Shown one piece after another: positions 32,864 to 43,298 of a stretch of DNA of 64,000 nucleotides. Source of the DNA: a virus (lineage: Duplodnaviria > Caudoviricetes); IMG/VR virus record IMGVR_UViG_3300008116_000002; one strand, written 5' to 3'. The position numbers and the translations under genes are program-made. The notes under the pieces were generated by a model that saw only the letters and a program-made list of their open reading frames with translations, had not been told where the DNA came from and made no database searches. Every line of letters begins with the position of its first letter. Positions within the stretch are counted from its first letter, which is position 1.

Positions 32864-33303
32864 TTACATTTAAAAATTTTACTCAGGAAATTTCAGAAGA
32901 AGATATCGATAATCTAATCGAATCTTTAGAATGGGAAGATGTCATTGAGCTTTTTGATGAGGAAAATTTTATATTAGACGAGGCTATCTCCGCAACTGAA
33001 AGACTTAAGCGTGGGCAAAAGATGCGCTCAAGAAAAGAGATGCTTAAGATTGCAAGAAATATTAAGTTAAAAAGAGCTGCAAATACAGATGTTTTAAAAA
33101 GAAGATCTAAAGTGTCTGCAAGAAAACTTCTTATGAGAAAGTTTCTGAAGGGAAGAAGCAAGTCTGATCTTTCCGCAGGAGAAAAAAGTGCGTTGGAAGC
33201 TAGAATTTCTGCAGCGCTAAAAATGGCGAAAAATCTTCCAGATAGATTAATGCCAAAGGTTAGAGATATTGAAAGAAAACGTTTGCATAGTAGGGGAAAA
33301 TGA
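32860..33303 (+). CDS. Basic hypothetical (prohead core-like) protein
   Basis: MITFKNFTQE, acidic N-terminus with ILDE, Arg/Lys-rich helices. Confidence 0.6.
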   Translation: MITFKNFTQEISEEDIDNLIESLEWEDVIELFDEENFILDEAISATERLKRGQKMRSRKEMLKIARNIKLKRAANTDVLKRRSKVSARKLLMRKFLKGRSKSDLSAGEKSALEARISAALKMAKNLPDRLMPKVRDIERKRLHSRGK

Positions 33304-34124
33304 GCATGAAGTTTAAAGAACTCAGAGAAAGTATTACCTCTAGAATGATATCCATGGCGGTGAAACATACTACACCAAAGAAAAAATCCATGGTGAAAGA
33401 AGGTGAGGCAGAGGATTCTTTAGCTAAATCGGATAAAGACAAGTTTAAGTCCAAATCTTATATGGATAATGATGGCGGTGCGGCGGTACCAAAGAACTTT
33501 AATGGTGCTGACAAATATATGGATAAAGGCCCTGCTAGCGGTACTGTAAAGAAAACTTATATGGATAAAGGCCCGGCTACTCCTCCTGTAGTAAAAGAGG
33601 AATATCCGCAAATAGGAGATGGAATTTATCTAGAATTAGATGATGTTTTAATTGAAACAGAAATTATAGATGAAACCGAAGATGGTTTTATTATTTACAT
33701 GGATGAGCAAAGTGAAACTTTAGTATCAAAAATTCCTGAGTTTATTTTTGGGAAAGATACTGTTGATTCTTTGAAAAGAATTAAAGATAGGGATCGTGAA
33801 AATCAGGATCCTATGAAGAAAACTGCAGCTGCTGCAGATTTTTGGAGTAAAAGATTAAACAATCCTACAGGAAAAAATGTTAATGAAGCAGAGTATCAGG
33901 GTCGGGATGTTTCATTAAATAAACCAATGGCGGGCGATGTAGCTAAATCAAAAGTTTATGTTAAGGGGCCCAGCGGAAGAGTAGTGAAAGTAAATTTCGG
34001 TGATAAAAATCTTAGTATTAAAAAGCATATTCCTGCCAGAAGAAAATCTTTTAGAGCAAGGCACAAATGCGAAACCCCTGGACCAAAACACAAAGCAAGG
34101 TATTGGTCGTGTAAAGCTTGGTAA
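33300..34124 (+). CDS. Hypothetical protein with conserved basic C-terminal domain
   Basis: EAEYQGRDVSLNKP...KVNFGD...ARRKSFRARHKC...ARYWSCKAW; three YMDxxP-like repeats. Confidence 0.7.
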   Translation: MSMKFKELRESITSRMISMAVKHTTPKKKSMVKEGEAEDSLAKSDKDKFKSKSYMDNDGGAAVPKNFNGADKYMDKGPASGTVKKTYMDKGPATPPVVKEEYPQIGDGIYLELDDVLIETEIIDETEDGFIIYMDEQSETLVSKIPEFIFGKDTVDSLKRIKDRDRENQDPMKKTAAAADFWSKRLNNPTGKNVNEAEYQGRDVSLNKPMAGDVAKSKVYVKGPSGRVVKVNFGDKNLSIKKHIPARRKSFRARHKCETPGPKHKARYWSCKAW

Positions 34125-34178
34125 TAGGCATCATTTTTTAATAATAAATAATTTAAGTAACATTAAAAGGAAATAAAA

Positions 34179-35483
34179 ATGGCACGTATAACAAACAACT
34201 TATTTGAATCAATTCAAAAAGTGACTGCCGGCGAAGTCGTAGAAAGTTCGGTAGATAAAGCTCATTACTGCGCTACACACGTAGAACACGCTCTTTTGGG
34301 CTATGGACAATGTATTTCAGAACAACATGCTGAACCAGATGAGAATGGCGATATTGCATGGTATACTGTTCAATTCCCAACGGGAACTCATAAAATTTCT
34401 ACAAACCAACTTAGAGTTGTAGAAGGCAAATCTCATATGCATTCTAAGAAGATGGCTGAAGATACCGAAGCCATCGAGGAAGCTGAAGGCGGAATTCCAA
34501 AGACCGACAGACATAAAAAATTAGCATCGCATTATGGCGATCCAAATCGCATTACCAGAGGCGATGTCATCACTGCTGCTAAAAAGAATGCAATGAAGGA
34601 AGCTAAAGATGTAAGCGCTTTCGATTGGAAGAGTAAATCTAAGGCACCTGAAAGTAAATTTTCGGCTAAGAAAACTGCTTCCGGAACCATTTATACTAAA
34701 AAGTATAAAGAGGAAAAGGATGATGATGATTTAAAATCACCTTCAAGAAGAGCTAGAGATTCTGCAGCAGTTCTCGGTAAAGGTGAAGTAAGAAAACAAA
34801 AATCCATGAAAGAGGGAACCATGCAAACAGTTATTAACCATAATGACTTCGTATTAGAAGTCACAGACAATCCTACGTTTAAAGATTATTTTGCAGCAAT
34901 GCAAGCAATTGTTCCTTCTCTTGACGAGAACGTACAACAAGAAATGATTACAATTGCGACTGAAGCCTACAAAGAAGGTTACATTGACGTAATCTTAGAA
35001 TCAATGGCAAAACAGGCATTTACTGATAGGATAAATAATTATAGAAAAGCAGGCTATGAAGTATATAATGAAAAGTATGTAGTGAATTCTGGCGATCCAT
35101 ACGTAGAATATACTGTAGAAAAGAACGGCGAAGTAACGAAGTATGTACATACCGGTGTTGCTATGCAAGTTAGTGAAGAAGATGAGATTCAGACTTCTGT
35201 AGATTCTCAGGGTCGTATTCGTTATATGAAAGATCCAAAGAATCCTAGTCCACAAAAATCATCTGTAGATGATAAAGGTAGACTACAATATAAGGATACA
35301 GACAGACCAAATTCTTCTTCCGTAGATGATCAAGGTCGTATTCAGTATATGAGAGATCCAAATAATCCTACTCCTCAGTATTCTTCAGTTGATTCTAAGG
35401 GTAGACTACAGTACAAGGGACCTACTGCTGGTCCTCAGCAAACTACTGTAGATGACAAAGATAGAATTATCTTCCGTAAGTAA
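34179..35483 (+). CDS. Hypothetical late protein with five C-terminal VDxxGR repeats
   Basis: AATAAATA box at 34143-34150; several x-x-E putative maturation sites; repeats visible in the translation. Confidence 0.7.
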   Translation: MARITNNLFESIQKVTAGEVVESSVDKAHYCATHVEHALLGYGQCISEQHAEPDENGDIAWYTVQFPTGTHKISTNQLRVVEGKSHMHSKKMAEDTEAIEEAEGGIPKTDRHKKLASHYGDPNRITRGDVITAAKKNAMKEAKDVSAFDWKSKSKAPESKFSAKKTASGTIYTKKYKEEKDDDDLKSPSRRARDSAAVLGKGEVRKQKSMKEGTMQTVINHNDFVLEVTDNPTFKDYFAAMQAIVPSLDENVQQEMITIATEAYKEGYIDVILESMAKQAFTDRINNYRKAGYEVYNEKYVVNSGDPYVEYTVEKNGEVTKYVHTGVAMQVSEEDEIQTSVDSQGRIRYMKDPKNPSPQKSSVDDKGRLQYKDTDRPNSSSVDDQGRIQYMRDPNNPTPQYSSVDSKGRLQYKGPTAGPQQTTVDDKDRIIFRK

Positions 35484-35543
35484 TGGCGTAAGCCCGACAG
35501 GTCGGGGTCGTTAGCCCGATCAAAAAATAATAAGGAGAGCAAA

Positions 35544-36398
35544 ATGTCTCAATGGGGCAATTTAGATTACAAAGAATTGTTGGGAACCGCGGCAGTAGTT
35601 GAGGGCGCAACTAACGTAACAACAACAATCGGTAGCTTTACTACAGCTAACGTAAGACCAGGAGACGCTCTTCTGATTTCGAACGTTAAGTATAGAGTAG
35701 CAGCTATTACTTCTAATACAACTTTAACACTAAGTAATGCCTATACTGCAGCAACAGGTGCAGGCAGGGCAATGGCTATACAACAATCGCCTAAAGATCT
35801 TCTAACCTATGGTTGGACGTCAAACGTTAATTACGATAACCTAGTAGGTAAGCGTAATGTATTTGGTGTAGATAAATTAGAAGTTCAAAATCCTGATGTA
35901 AAAGCCAAAGGTATTAACTCACCAGGCTGGGTGCATTATAAGACTTGGACAAACACTCAGGGCTCTACTCGTCACAGAGCAGAAACTTTAGTTGCAATGT
36001 CGAAGAACTTTAATAGTAATGCTATTCCTTCACTGCAACTTGATGCACCAGATGATGCAACAATTCCTGATTATGGTGTAACCGTTTCAACAGTTAGTGC
36101 AACTAAGACAGGTACTGCGGCATCACCAAGTGCAATTTATGCGGCAACAGGAACAGTTATTCCTTCAGGTCCGACCCCAACATATACATGGCAGTTCTCG
36201 CCAAATAATATCGTTTGGGTAGGTCTATTGAACAACGATGGTCCGGTAAACACAGGAAATGCTACATCGTCAATAACTCTATCTAATATCTACGCAACAC
36301 CTAATGTTATTAGTGGTTATGTAAGAGTTGTAGTTGGTGCAGCAGGAACAACTGATACAGCAACATCTGCAGCATTCCAGATTGTAGCAGGTTCCTAA
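35544..36398 (+). CDS. Virion structural protein (tail or baseplate associated)
   Basis: MSQWG start, SPGWVHY...RHRAETLVAM, C-terminal Ig-like TYTWQ...YVRVVV. Confidence 0.65.
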   Translation: MSQWGNLDYKELLGTAAVVEGATNVTTTIGSFTTANVRPGDALLISNVKYRVAAITSNTTLTLSNAYTAATGAGRAMAIQQSPKDLLTYGWTSNVNYDNLVGKRNVFGVDKLEVQNPDVKAKGINSPGWVHYKTWTNTQGSTRHRAETLVAMSKNFNSNAIPSLQLDAPDDATIPDYGVTVSTVSATKTGTAASPSAIYAATGTVIPSGPTPTYTWQFSPNNIVWVGLLNNDGPVNTGNATSSITLSNIYATPNVISGYVRVVVGAAGTTDTATSAAFQIVAGS

Positions 36399-36424
36399 TT
36401 AGTGAAATAAATTAAAAGAAAATA

Positions 36425-39328
36425 ATGGCAGATCTAAAATTATCTGATTTACTTGCCGCGACCGCTATATCTGAAGATACCTTCATTTATGGTATTCAAA
36501 ACGGCATAAGTAAAAAGATTGGTTCAAATGTTTTATTCCAAAATCTAACCGACCCTATTCTTAAAGGTAGGGTCGTTTTAGATGGTGTGCAATTAATTAA
36601 GGGAACCGATACTAATCAAACTATTAGTGTAACTAAATCAAGAACTGAATTTAGTACAGGTTCTCTTGTGATGTACCCTAGTCTGCCAGAACCTTCTATT
36701 GATGGCGTTATTAAAATTCTAACCTTGGCAAATACGCAAGGTGGCAGAGTTGAAATAACTACAGCAAATTCTAGAATATTTCCTAATGTCTCAATTACTA
36801 TGGATAAGCGTGGCGAGAGCCTTATGCTTATCTATAGTAGTAATTCTTATTCTAATGGCTGGGTTATCTTAGGAACAACACCTGGTCTGAAAACAAGTTT
36901 AGAATTACCTGAAGCAAATATTAGTGATCAAAGAATTCGTAGAGCTATTAGTGCGGGCAACGAAACTATAATTTATGATGAAGCTAACGGTAAAATTCGC
37001 ATAGGCGATCTTTCTAATACTGTAGCGCAAATTAGTTTAGCCAATGTAACAACTGACGATTTACGTGAAGGTAACATCAACTTATACTTCACAAATAATA
37101 GAGCAGTAACTGCTCTAATTCCGGATTTAAATCAACTTAGAAAACCTAACGCAAATGTAATATACGTTTCAGTAAATGGTGATGACCGTTTAGACGGTTT
37201 AACAATGCCGAATGCTATTGCAAATATTCATGTTGCATTAAGTAGAGTTAACGCATATTGGACTGTTAAAGTTTTCCCAGGCGTTTATACGTTATATGGA
37301 AATCCTGTTACTATTCCAAGAAAAGTTTCTTTGATCGGTAATGATTTAAGAACTTGTGATATCTATCCTGAGAATCAAACCGAAGACATGTTCTATATGA
37401 ACAACGGAGCATATGTCAATGGGTTTACATTCAGAGGGCATAGAGCAGCAAATCCGAATGATATTAAAAACGGATCTGCAGTATTCTCCTACAATCCCGA
37501 TGGGTCTGCAGGAAATATTACAACCAGTCCATATATTCAGAATTGTTCGTCTATTACCACTACCGGCACTGGCGTAAGAGTAAATGGTAATTACGTGGGC
37601 GGACTACGTTCAATGGTTCTTGATGCCTATACGCAGTTTAATCAGGGTGGCATAGGTGTACACCTGTTGAACAAGGGATATATGCAGTTAGTATCTCTAT
37701 TCACAATTTGCTGCGAATATTCCGTTCTTGCAGAACATGGTGGTTTTGGTTCCATTACTAACTCTAATAGCTCATTTGGTAATTTTGGTTTAGTTGCAGA
37801 TGGTGCAAGTGAAACTTTATATTCTGCAAAAATAATTAGGCAAATTTCAAGTAGAGCAGTTGAAATAGAAACAACAGTTAAGCCAAATATTCAAGATAGA
37901 TTATTAATGGCTAACTATAATCAAGAAAAATGTTTTAGAGACACTGGTCTAATTGTAGATTCCTTAGCGTTAGATTTAGCATATCAATCAAATACTCAGT
38001 CAAGATTCGCAGGATTACAGTACTGGGCACAGAGCGTATCTAAAGTATTAGATCAAAAAAATGAAGTTTCATCTACACTTAGATATCTAAAGACCTTAGC
38101 TACGAACGTAGTAATTAACAGTACTAACTGGGATAATGCTGCCAATGTACCTTTTCAGGGAACAAATACACAAGTTATTTTGGGCGCCGCTCCCGGCGAT
38201 GGCAACACTTCTAATTTGGTTGCAGGTGCGTTTGATTTATTTTTAGATGTTTATGAAAATGGTTTATTTGGCGTTACTGACAGGATAATACCTAATTCAT
38301 ATCCCGCAAATTCAAATCCAGTCATTCAAAATACTGCAAATTTACTTATTGCAAATAAGAACTTCATGCAGTCTGAAGCGCAGGCATTTTTGACAACAAA
38401 TTTTCCATACGCGACATATATTCCCGGAACAAGTATGTTCCTAGATGCGGGTAAACTTATAGATGCTATAACTTTTGATGTTTTACATGGCGGTAATAGA
38501 CAAACTATTACCAGGGCAATATTATATTATGATTATATACAGGATTCAACCGCAGTTAGAAATCAAAGGGTTCAAACCAGCGGAGCTTTCTCCTTTATTA
38601 AAACCTTTATAGACGATATTCTAACTCTAACGCCTATTGCAAATACTTATCAAACTACTTATACTCAAAATACTACTATAGGTAATGCAGTAACCAGTAG
38701 CGAAGTTTTATATGTAAGAAATAGGATTGATGACATAACAAATATTATTGATAACGGTCCTGATTATGAAAATGTTCAATATAATATTGAACCGATCTCG
38801 CTTACCGCAAATACTAACCCCAATGTAGTTCTCGCCACTCAGATTATTCTGGCAAACAGAGATTTTATTAGAGCAGAAGTACTTGAGTATGTAAATCAAA
38901 ATTGGAAAGATTTAAGTAATGGTACAAGAAACTTCTATACAGTAAACGAATCAACTGACGTATCTTCTAACCTTTGCATTGTTACTTTTGATGAGAAAAT
39001 TCTTGCCGTAGATAGACCTTTGGCAAATAATAGAATTAGTTTTTATCAGGGAAGTTACATATCAGGTTCTAGTCATACTTTTGAATATGTAGGTGCGGGA
39101 ACTCAATTATTGCCTGCCTTACCAATGAATGGCGGCATACCTGTACAAGACCATGAAGTTGTTGAAACTCGTGGAGGTTCAGTATACTATACAAGTACAG
39201 ACCATAAGGGTGATTTTAGAATTGGTAACGAACTACTAATTAATAGAGCAACTGGTACGATCAACGGTAGAACATTTAATAAGAGCTTGTTCGCGGTTAT
39301 GACCCCGTACATTTTGGCATTACAATAA
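36425..39328 (+). CDS. Large baseplate/tail protein with beta-helix-like domain
   Basis: YVSVNGDD...VFPGVY...LIGNDLRT...SPYIQNCSSIT...; C-terminal GGSVYYTSTDHKGDFRIG. Confidence 0.7.
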   Translation: MADLKLSDLLAATAISEDTFIYGIQNGISKKIGSNVLFQNLTDPILKGRVVLDGVQLIKGTDTNQTISVTKSRTEFSTGSLVMYPSLPEPSIDGVIKILTLANTQGGRVEITTANSRIFPNVSITMDKRGESLMLIYSSNSYSNGWVILGTTPGLKTSLELPEANISDQRIRRAISAGNETIIYDEANGKIRIGDLSNTVAQISLANVTTDDLREGNINLYFTNNRAVTALIPDLNQLRKPNANVIYVSVNGDDRLDGLTMPNAIANIHVALSRVNAYWTVKVFPGVYTLYGNPVTIPRKVSLIGNDLRTCDIYPENQTEDMFYMNNGAYVNGFTFRGHRAANPNDIKNGSAVFSYNPDGSAGNITTSPYIQNCSSITTTGTGVRVNGNYVGGLRSMVLDAYTQFNQGGIGVHLLNKGYMQLVSLFTICCEYSVLAEHGGFGSITNSNSSFGNFGLVADGASETLYSAKIIRQISSRAVEIETTVKPNIQDRLLMANYNQEKCFRDTGLIVDSLALDLAYQSNTQSRFAGLQYWAQSVSKVLDQKNEVSSTLRYLKTLATNVVINSTNWDNAANVPFQGTNTQVILGAAPGDGNTSNLVAGAFDLFLDVYENGLFGVTDRIIPNSYPANSNPVIQNTANLLIANKNFMQSEAQAFLTTNFPYATYIPGTSMFLDAGKLIDAITFDVLHGGNRQTITRAILYYDYIQDSTAVRNQRVQTSGAFSFIKTFIDDILTLTPIANTYQTTYTQNTTIGNAVTSSEVLYVRNRIDDITNIIDNGPDYENVQYNIEPISLTANTNPNVVLATQIILANRDFIRAEVLEYVNQNWKDLSNGTRNFYTVNESTDVSSNLCIVTFDEKILAVDRPLANNRISFYQGSYISGSSHTFEYVGAGTQLLPALPMNGGIPVQDHEVVETRGGSVYYTSTDHKGDFRIGNELLINRATGTINGRTFNKSLFAVMTPYILALQ

Positions 39329-39338
39329 AGGATTAAAA

Positions 39339-39701
39339 ATGGCAACGTTAGTTCCCTTAAATACTTTTAAAACAATTGCGGCAAATATTACTACGAATCA
39401 AACATTACTCTATACTACTCCTGAAGAAGTCGCAACAATTATTCTTACAGCTCAGGTAAGTAATACGGGAAGCGCCGACGCTAATGTTACATTTATTCAT
39501 AGATCCAATGTATTAGTAGGTGGCACTAGAGTAATTACTGATACAGAATTGGTTAAAGATTTTGACATCCCTACAAAAGATGCATCATCAGTTATTGTAG
39601 GTAAAATTGTTTTAGAAGAAAATCAGGCAGTTCTGGTTAGAGGTAGCGCAAATGCTACTCTAAAAATTCTTTTAAGCTTGTTAGAAACTTCATTAGTATA
39701 A
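39339..39701 (+). CDS. Small virion adaptor protein (paralogue of 51069..51410)
   Basis: [19 protein letters not shown]...ILTAQVSN...IVLEENQ...LSLLETS. Confidence 0.7.
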   Translation: MATLVPLNTFKTIAANITTNQTLLYTTPEEVATIILTAQVSNTGSADANVTFIHRSNVLVGGTRVITDTELVKDFDIPTKDASSVIVGKIVLEENQAVLVRGSANATLKILLSLLETSLV

Positions 39702-39705
39702 AAAA

Positions 39706-41475
39706 ATGTCCTTAAAAAGTCTAAGCGGAAGAGTAAGGGTAAAAAACCCGGCAAGTGCGGATCCGGCACGATATAGCTATTTAAACGTAGAAAATGCGGA
39801 ACCTAATTTAGGGTTACCGGATGCAGATGGCTACATTTTAAAGGGTGATGTAAACGGAAGACGATATTGGACTGCAGGTGCTGCCAACGTAAGACCTTCT
39901 CTTAGATATGACTACATTGCAAGCGAAGGGCAAAATGTTTTTAGTAATACTACCGTAAGTTTAACAGGTAGATCTTTATTCTTTGCAAATACAGATGTAG
40001 TTTTAGTTCATATCAACGGGGTATTACTTTCTCCAACTGGTAATGTTCTTTTAGGTGCAGAACAGATACCTGACTACACCTTGGGCGATAGTTCTATAAC
40101 ATTGTCCGAAGCTGCATCCGCAGGCGATATTGTTACAATTATGCCTGTTCTTGGTGGGTCTAGTGGAGATCGAGGACCAGCTGGACCAACAGGCCCGCAG
40201 GGTGCTACGGGTGCAACTCTTTTAGTTGGTGGACCTACAGGTGCAACCGGAGTTCGAGGAGCAACAGGTGCCACTGGTGCAACAGGACCTACGGGACCGC
40301 AAGGCTCTACAGGATTAGGTGCCACAGGCGCAACAGGGCCAACCGGTCCGACGGGACCTACGGGGCCTACAGGCCCCGCAGCAGCGACAGGTGCAGAAGG
40401 TTCGACCGGAGCCACAGGCCCAACCGGTGCTACGGGAATTGGTGCAACAGGTCCAACAGGTGCCACGGGTGCGACAGGTCCTAGCGGCCCATCGGGATTT
40501 ATAGGACCATCTGGGCCTTCGGGTCCTACAGGATCTACAGGTTCGACCGGAGCCACCGGACCTACGGGACCAACAGGGCCTTCGGGACCAACAGGACCAT
40601 CTGGACCCACTGGCCCATCGGGATTTATCGGACCTACCGGACCAAGCGGACCTACCGGACCTAGTGGGCCGACGGGACCAACAGGGCCTTCGGGACCAAC
40701 CGGACCAAGCGGACCTACGGGAGTCTCGGGGCCTAGTGGCCCTTCAGGGCCTTCCGGACCTAGTGGAGCAAGAGGACTTCAAGGACTTCAAGGAATACAA
40801 GGAATACAAGGATTGCAAGGAAATCCTGGCTCCCAAGGTATTCAAGGGCCAACAGGACCTACTGGGCCCACTGGGCTTACTCCCGCAATAGGCGGATCGA
40901 CTACGCATATACAGTACAATAACAACGGATCCCTATCCGGAGATTCAAACTTAACATGGACGGCTAGCGGATCAGGTAGAAATTTAATAGTTGGTGGATC
41001 AGATGGCACAGCAAATCATGGAATAGTTTCTAGATTCTTTAATTTCAATTCTTCCGGCACGACGATATATTATAACGTCGCATCGACTTGGATTTCTTTT
41101 GATATTGCAAGTGGGCAAAAATTCCGAATCGCAAACAACGGAGACGTAACTGCGGCGGGTGACGTTATTGCGTATGGTGTATCTGATATTAGACTAAAGA
41201 ATAATATTAAGGTTATAGACAAGGCGTTAAATAAAGTATTACAGCTAGAAGGTATAACTTATAATTGGAACAATATTGCTGCTGAAAAAATAGAAAAATC
41301 TACAACAGAAAGAGAATCTGGTATTATTGCACAACAAGTTAAAGAAGTTTTGCCTGAGGCTGTTTCTGAAAGAGCAGATGGTTATTTAGGAGTACGTTAC
41401 GAAAAACTAATACCTCTTTTAGTTCAAGCAATTAAGGAGTTGAAGGAAGAAGTAGAAGAACTTAAAAATCGTTAA
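39706..41475 (+). CDS. Collagen-like tail fibre with C-terminal intramolecular chaperone (peptidase S74-type)
   Basis: Long G-P/A/S-T/S repeat; SDIRLKNNI...[15 protein letters not shown]...[17 protein letters not shown]. Confidence 0.88.
   Translation: MSLKSLSGRVRVKNPASADPARYSYLNVENAEPNLGLPDADGYILKGDVNGRRYWTAGAANVRPSLRYDYIASEGQNVFSNTTVSLTGRSLFFANTDVVLVHINGVLLSPTGNVLLGAEQIPDYTLGDSSITLSEAASAGDIVTIMPVLGGSSGDRGPAGPTGPQGATGATLLVGGPTGATGVRGATGATGATGPTGPQGSTGLGATGATGPTGPTGPTGPTGPAAATGAEGSTGATGPTGATGIGATGPTGATGATGPSGPSGFIGPSGPSGPTGSTGSTGATGPTGPTGPSGPTGPSGPTGPSGFIGPTGPSGPTGPSGPTGPTGPSGPTGPSGPTGVSGPSGPSGPSGPSGARGLQGLQGIQGIQGLQGNPGSQGIQGPTGPTGPTGLTPAIGGSTTHIQYNNNGSLSGDSNLTWTASGSGRNLIVGGSDGTANHGIVSRFFNFNSSGTTIYYNVASTWISFDIASGQKFRIANNGDVTAAGDVIAYGVSDIRLKNNIKVIDKALNKVLQLEGITYNWNNIAAEKIEKSTTERESGIIAQQVKEVLPEAVSERADGYLGVRYEKLIPLLVQAIKELKEEVEELKNR
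40170..40880 (+). repeat. Collagen Gly-X-Y coding repeat (Thr/Ser-rich)
   Basis: Period-9 DNA repeats such as GGACCTACG/GGTGCAACA. Confidence 0.9.
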
Positions 41476-41493
41476 TTTTATTGAAAGTATATT

Positions 41494-43179
41494 ATGAGAT
41501 TTCATATTTTGGGAATACCTCATACGGTAACATCTAAAGAATATAATGCCTGCGCATATACGCAAAAGGTTGTTAAATTTGGTAAGATGATGACACAGAG
41601 AGGGCATACTGTTATTCATTATGGGCATGAAGATTCTGATCTTATTTGTTCTGAACACGTTAGTGTAATTACAAACAAAGATTTAGAAATTGCATATGGT
41701 AATTATGATTGGAGAAAAAACTTTTTTAAGTTTGACGTAAATGATCATGCTTATCAAACATTCTACAAAAATGCAATTGCTGAAGTAGGTAAAAGAAAGC
41801 AAAAGAATGATTTTATTTTACCTTTTTGGGGGCATGGTGTAAGACCTATTTGCGACGCTCATCAGCATGATATGATTGTAGTTGAGCCAGGTATAGGATA
41901 CGCCGGCGGACATTGGGCAAGATGGAAAGTATTTGAATCCTATTCTATAATGCACGCATTTTATGGAATGCAGGGAGTCGGGCATTGTCAGTCTGATTGG
42001 TATGATGTAGTTATACCAAATTACTTTGACGAAGAAGATTTTATTTATTCTGAGGAAAAAGAAGATTATATTTTGTTTTTGAGCAGGGTGTACGAAGGCA
42101 AGGGTATTCATATTGCAGTACAAGCAGCACAAGCAGCGGGAGTTAAGTTAATTGTTGCAGGTCAAAATCCAGACAATCTTCAATTCCCTGATAATGTTAC
42201 TTACGTTGGTTATGCAGATGTAGAAACAAGAAAAAGATTGATGGCAAAAGCCAAAGGATTAATTGTAGCATCGTTGTATATGGAACCATTTGGTGGTGTG
42301 CAAATAGAAAGTTTATTATCCGGAACACCGACTATTACTACAGATTGGGGCGCATTTACAGAAAATAATATACAAGGTGTTACTGGATATAGATGCAGAA
42401 CATTTGCAGATTTTGTAAACGCAATGAAAAATGTGGACAAAATCAAATCATCGGATTGTAGAAAACAAGGGGAAAGATTTTTACTTCAGAATGTTGCCCC
42501 AATGTATGAGAAGTATTTTCAAGATGTGCTAAATGTATATACCGGAAAAGGCTGGTATGAAATTAAAAAGAAAAAGGAACCAAAAAAAATTTTTATAGAC
42601 TGCGGAACACATATGTTCCAAGGATTTGAGAAACACAGATTAAATTTAAACATAGATAATAAATGGGTAATACATGGGTTTGAAGCTAATCCATATGTTT
42701 ACGAAGCAGCAAAAGATTTAAGAAAAAATTACATATCTGAAGGTTTAAATTTTAATCATCATAATCTAGCGGTAGGAACTAAAACTAAATCATCCACAGT
42801 TAATTGTGCTTGGGCAGGATATTTGGGAGGGTTTTTGCACGTTGGATCCAACACGTTAAAAAATCCTCCAGCAGTTGATACAGTTTTTGGTGAGAATTTT
42901 GATTATGTGGAAAAAAGAATACATGAAATTAATTTTTCAGACTTTGTTAAAAACATATGTGATGACGAAGATTATTCAATTTTAAAAATGGATATTGAGG
43001 GTTCGGAATTTGAGGTTTTGGATCATATGATATTAACGGGCGCTATTAAATTATTCAAAGAGGTTTATATAGAATTTCATCAAAGATTTTTTGATAATCC
43101 CTCTTTTTATGAACAAAAAATTCTAAAGTATAAAGAATTTTTTAAAGAAAATAATATAATTCTAAGGGAAGATGGATAA
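41494..43179 (+). CDS. Glycosyltransferase (GT-B, GT4-like) fused to an FkbM-type methyltransferase
   Basis: FLSRVYEGKG, EPFGGVQIESLLSGTPTITTDWGAFTE; then FIDCGTH, GFEANP, LKMDIEGSEFEVL. Confidence 0.88.
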   Translation: MRFHILGIPHTVTSKEYNACAYTQKVVKFGKMMTQRGHTVIHYGHEDSDLICSEHVSVITNKDLEIAYGNYDWRKNFFKFDVNDHAYQTFYKNAIAEVGKRKQKNDFILPFWGHGVRPICDAHQHDMIVVEPGIGYAGGHWARWKVFESYSIMHAFYGMQGVGHCQSDWYDVVIPNYFDEEDFIYSEEKEDYILFLSRVYEGKGIHIAVQAAQAAGVKLIVAGQNPDNLQFPDNVTYVGYADVETRKRLMAKAKGLIVASLYMEPFGGVQIESLLSGTPTITTDWGAFTENNIQGVTGYRCRTFADFVNAMKNVDKIKSSDCRKQGERFLLQNVAPMYEKYFQDVLNVYTGKGWYEIKKKKEPKKIFIDCGTHMFQGFEKHRLNLNIDNKWVIHGFEANPYVYEAAKDLRKNYISEGLNFNHHNLAVGTKTKSSTVNCAWAGYLGGFLHVGSNTLKNPPAVDTVFGENFDYVEKRIHEINFSDFVKNICDDEDYSILKMDIEGSEFEVLDHMILTGAIKLFKEVYIEFHQRFFDNPSFYEQKILKYKEFFKENNIILREDG

Positions 43180-43266
43180 CAATTGAGATATAATTTTGGC
43201 GAGTAACCTATAGTAATTGAATTCTTTTTTTCATGAAATGCTATCTACTATCCAATTTTGGATTAA

Positions 43267-43274
43267 TATAAATA
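43267..43274 (+). promoter_or_regulatory. T4-type late promoter
   Basis: Exact TATAAATA. Confidence 0.8.
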
Positions 43275-43298
43275 ATAGAGAAAAGTCTTGGAAAAAGA

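Noticed and set aside
35484-35525. CCCGAC/GTCGGG/CCCGAT alternative hairpins before the 35544 gene
   Set aside because: Short, no U tract and no accompanying leader ORF; cannot be distinguished from a simple processing stem.
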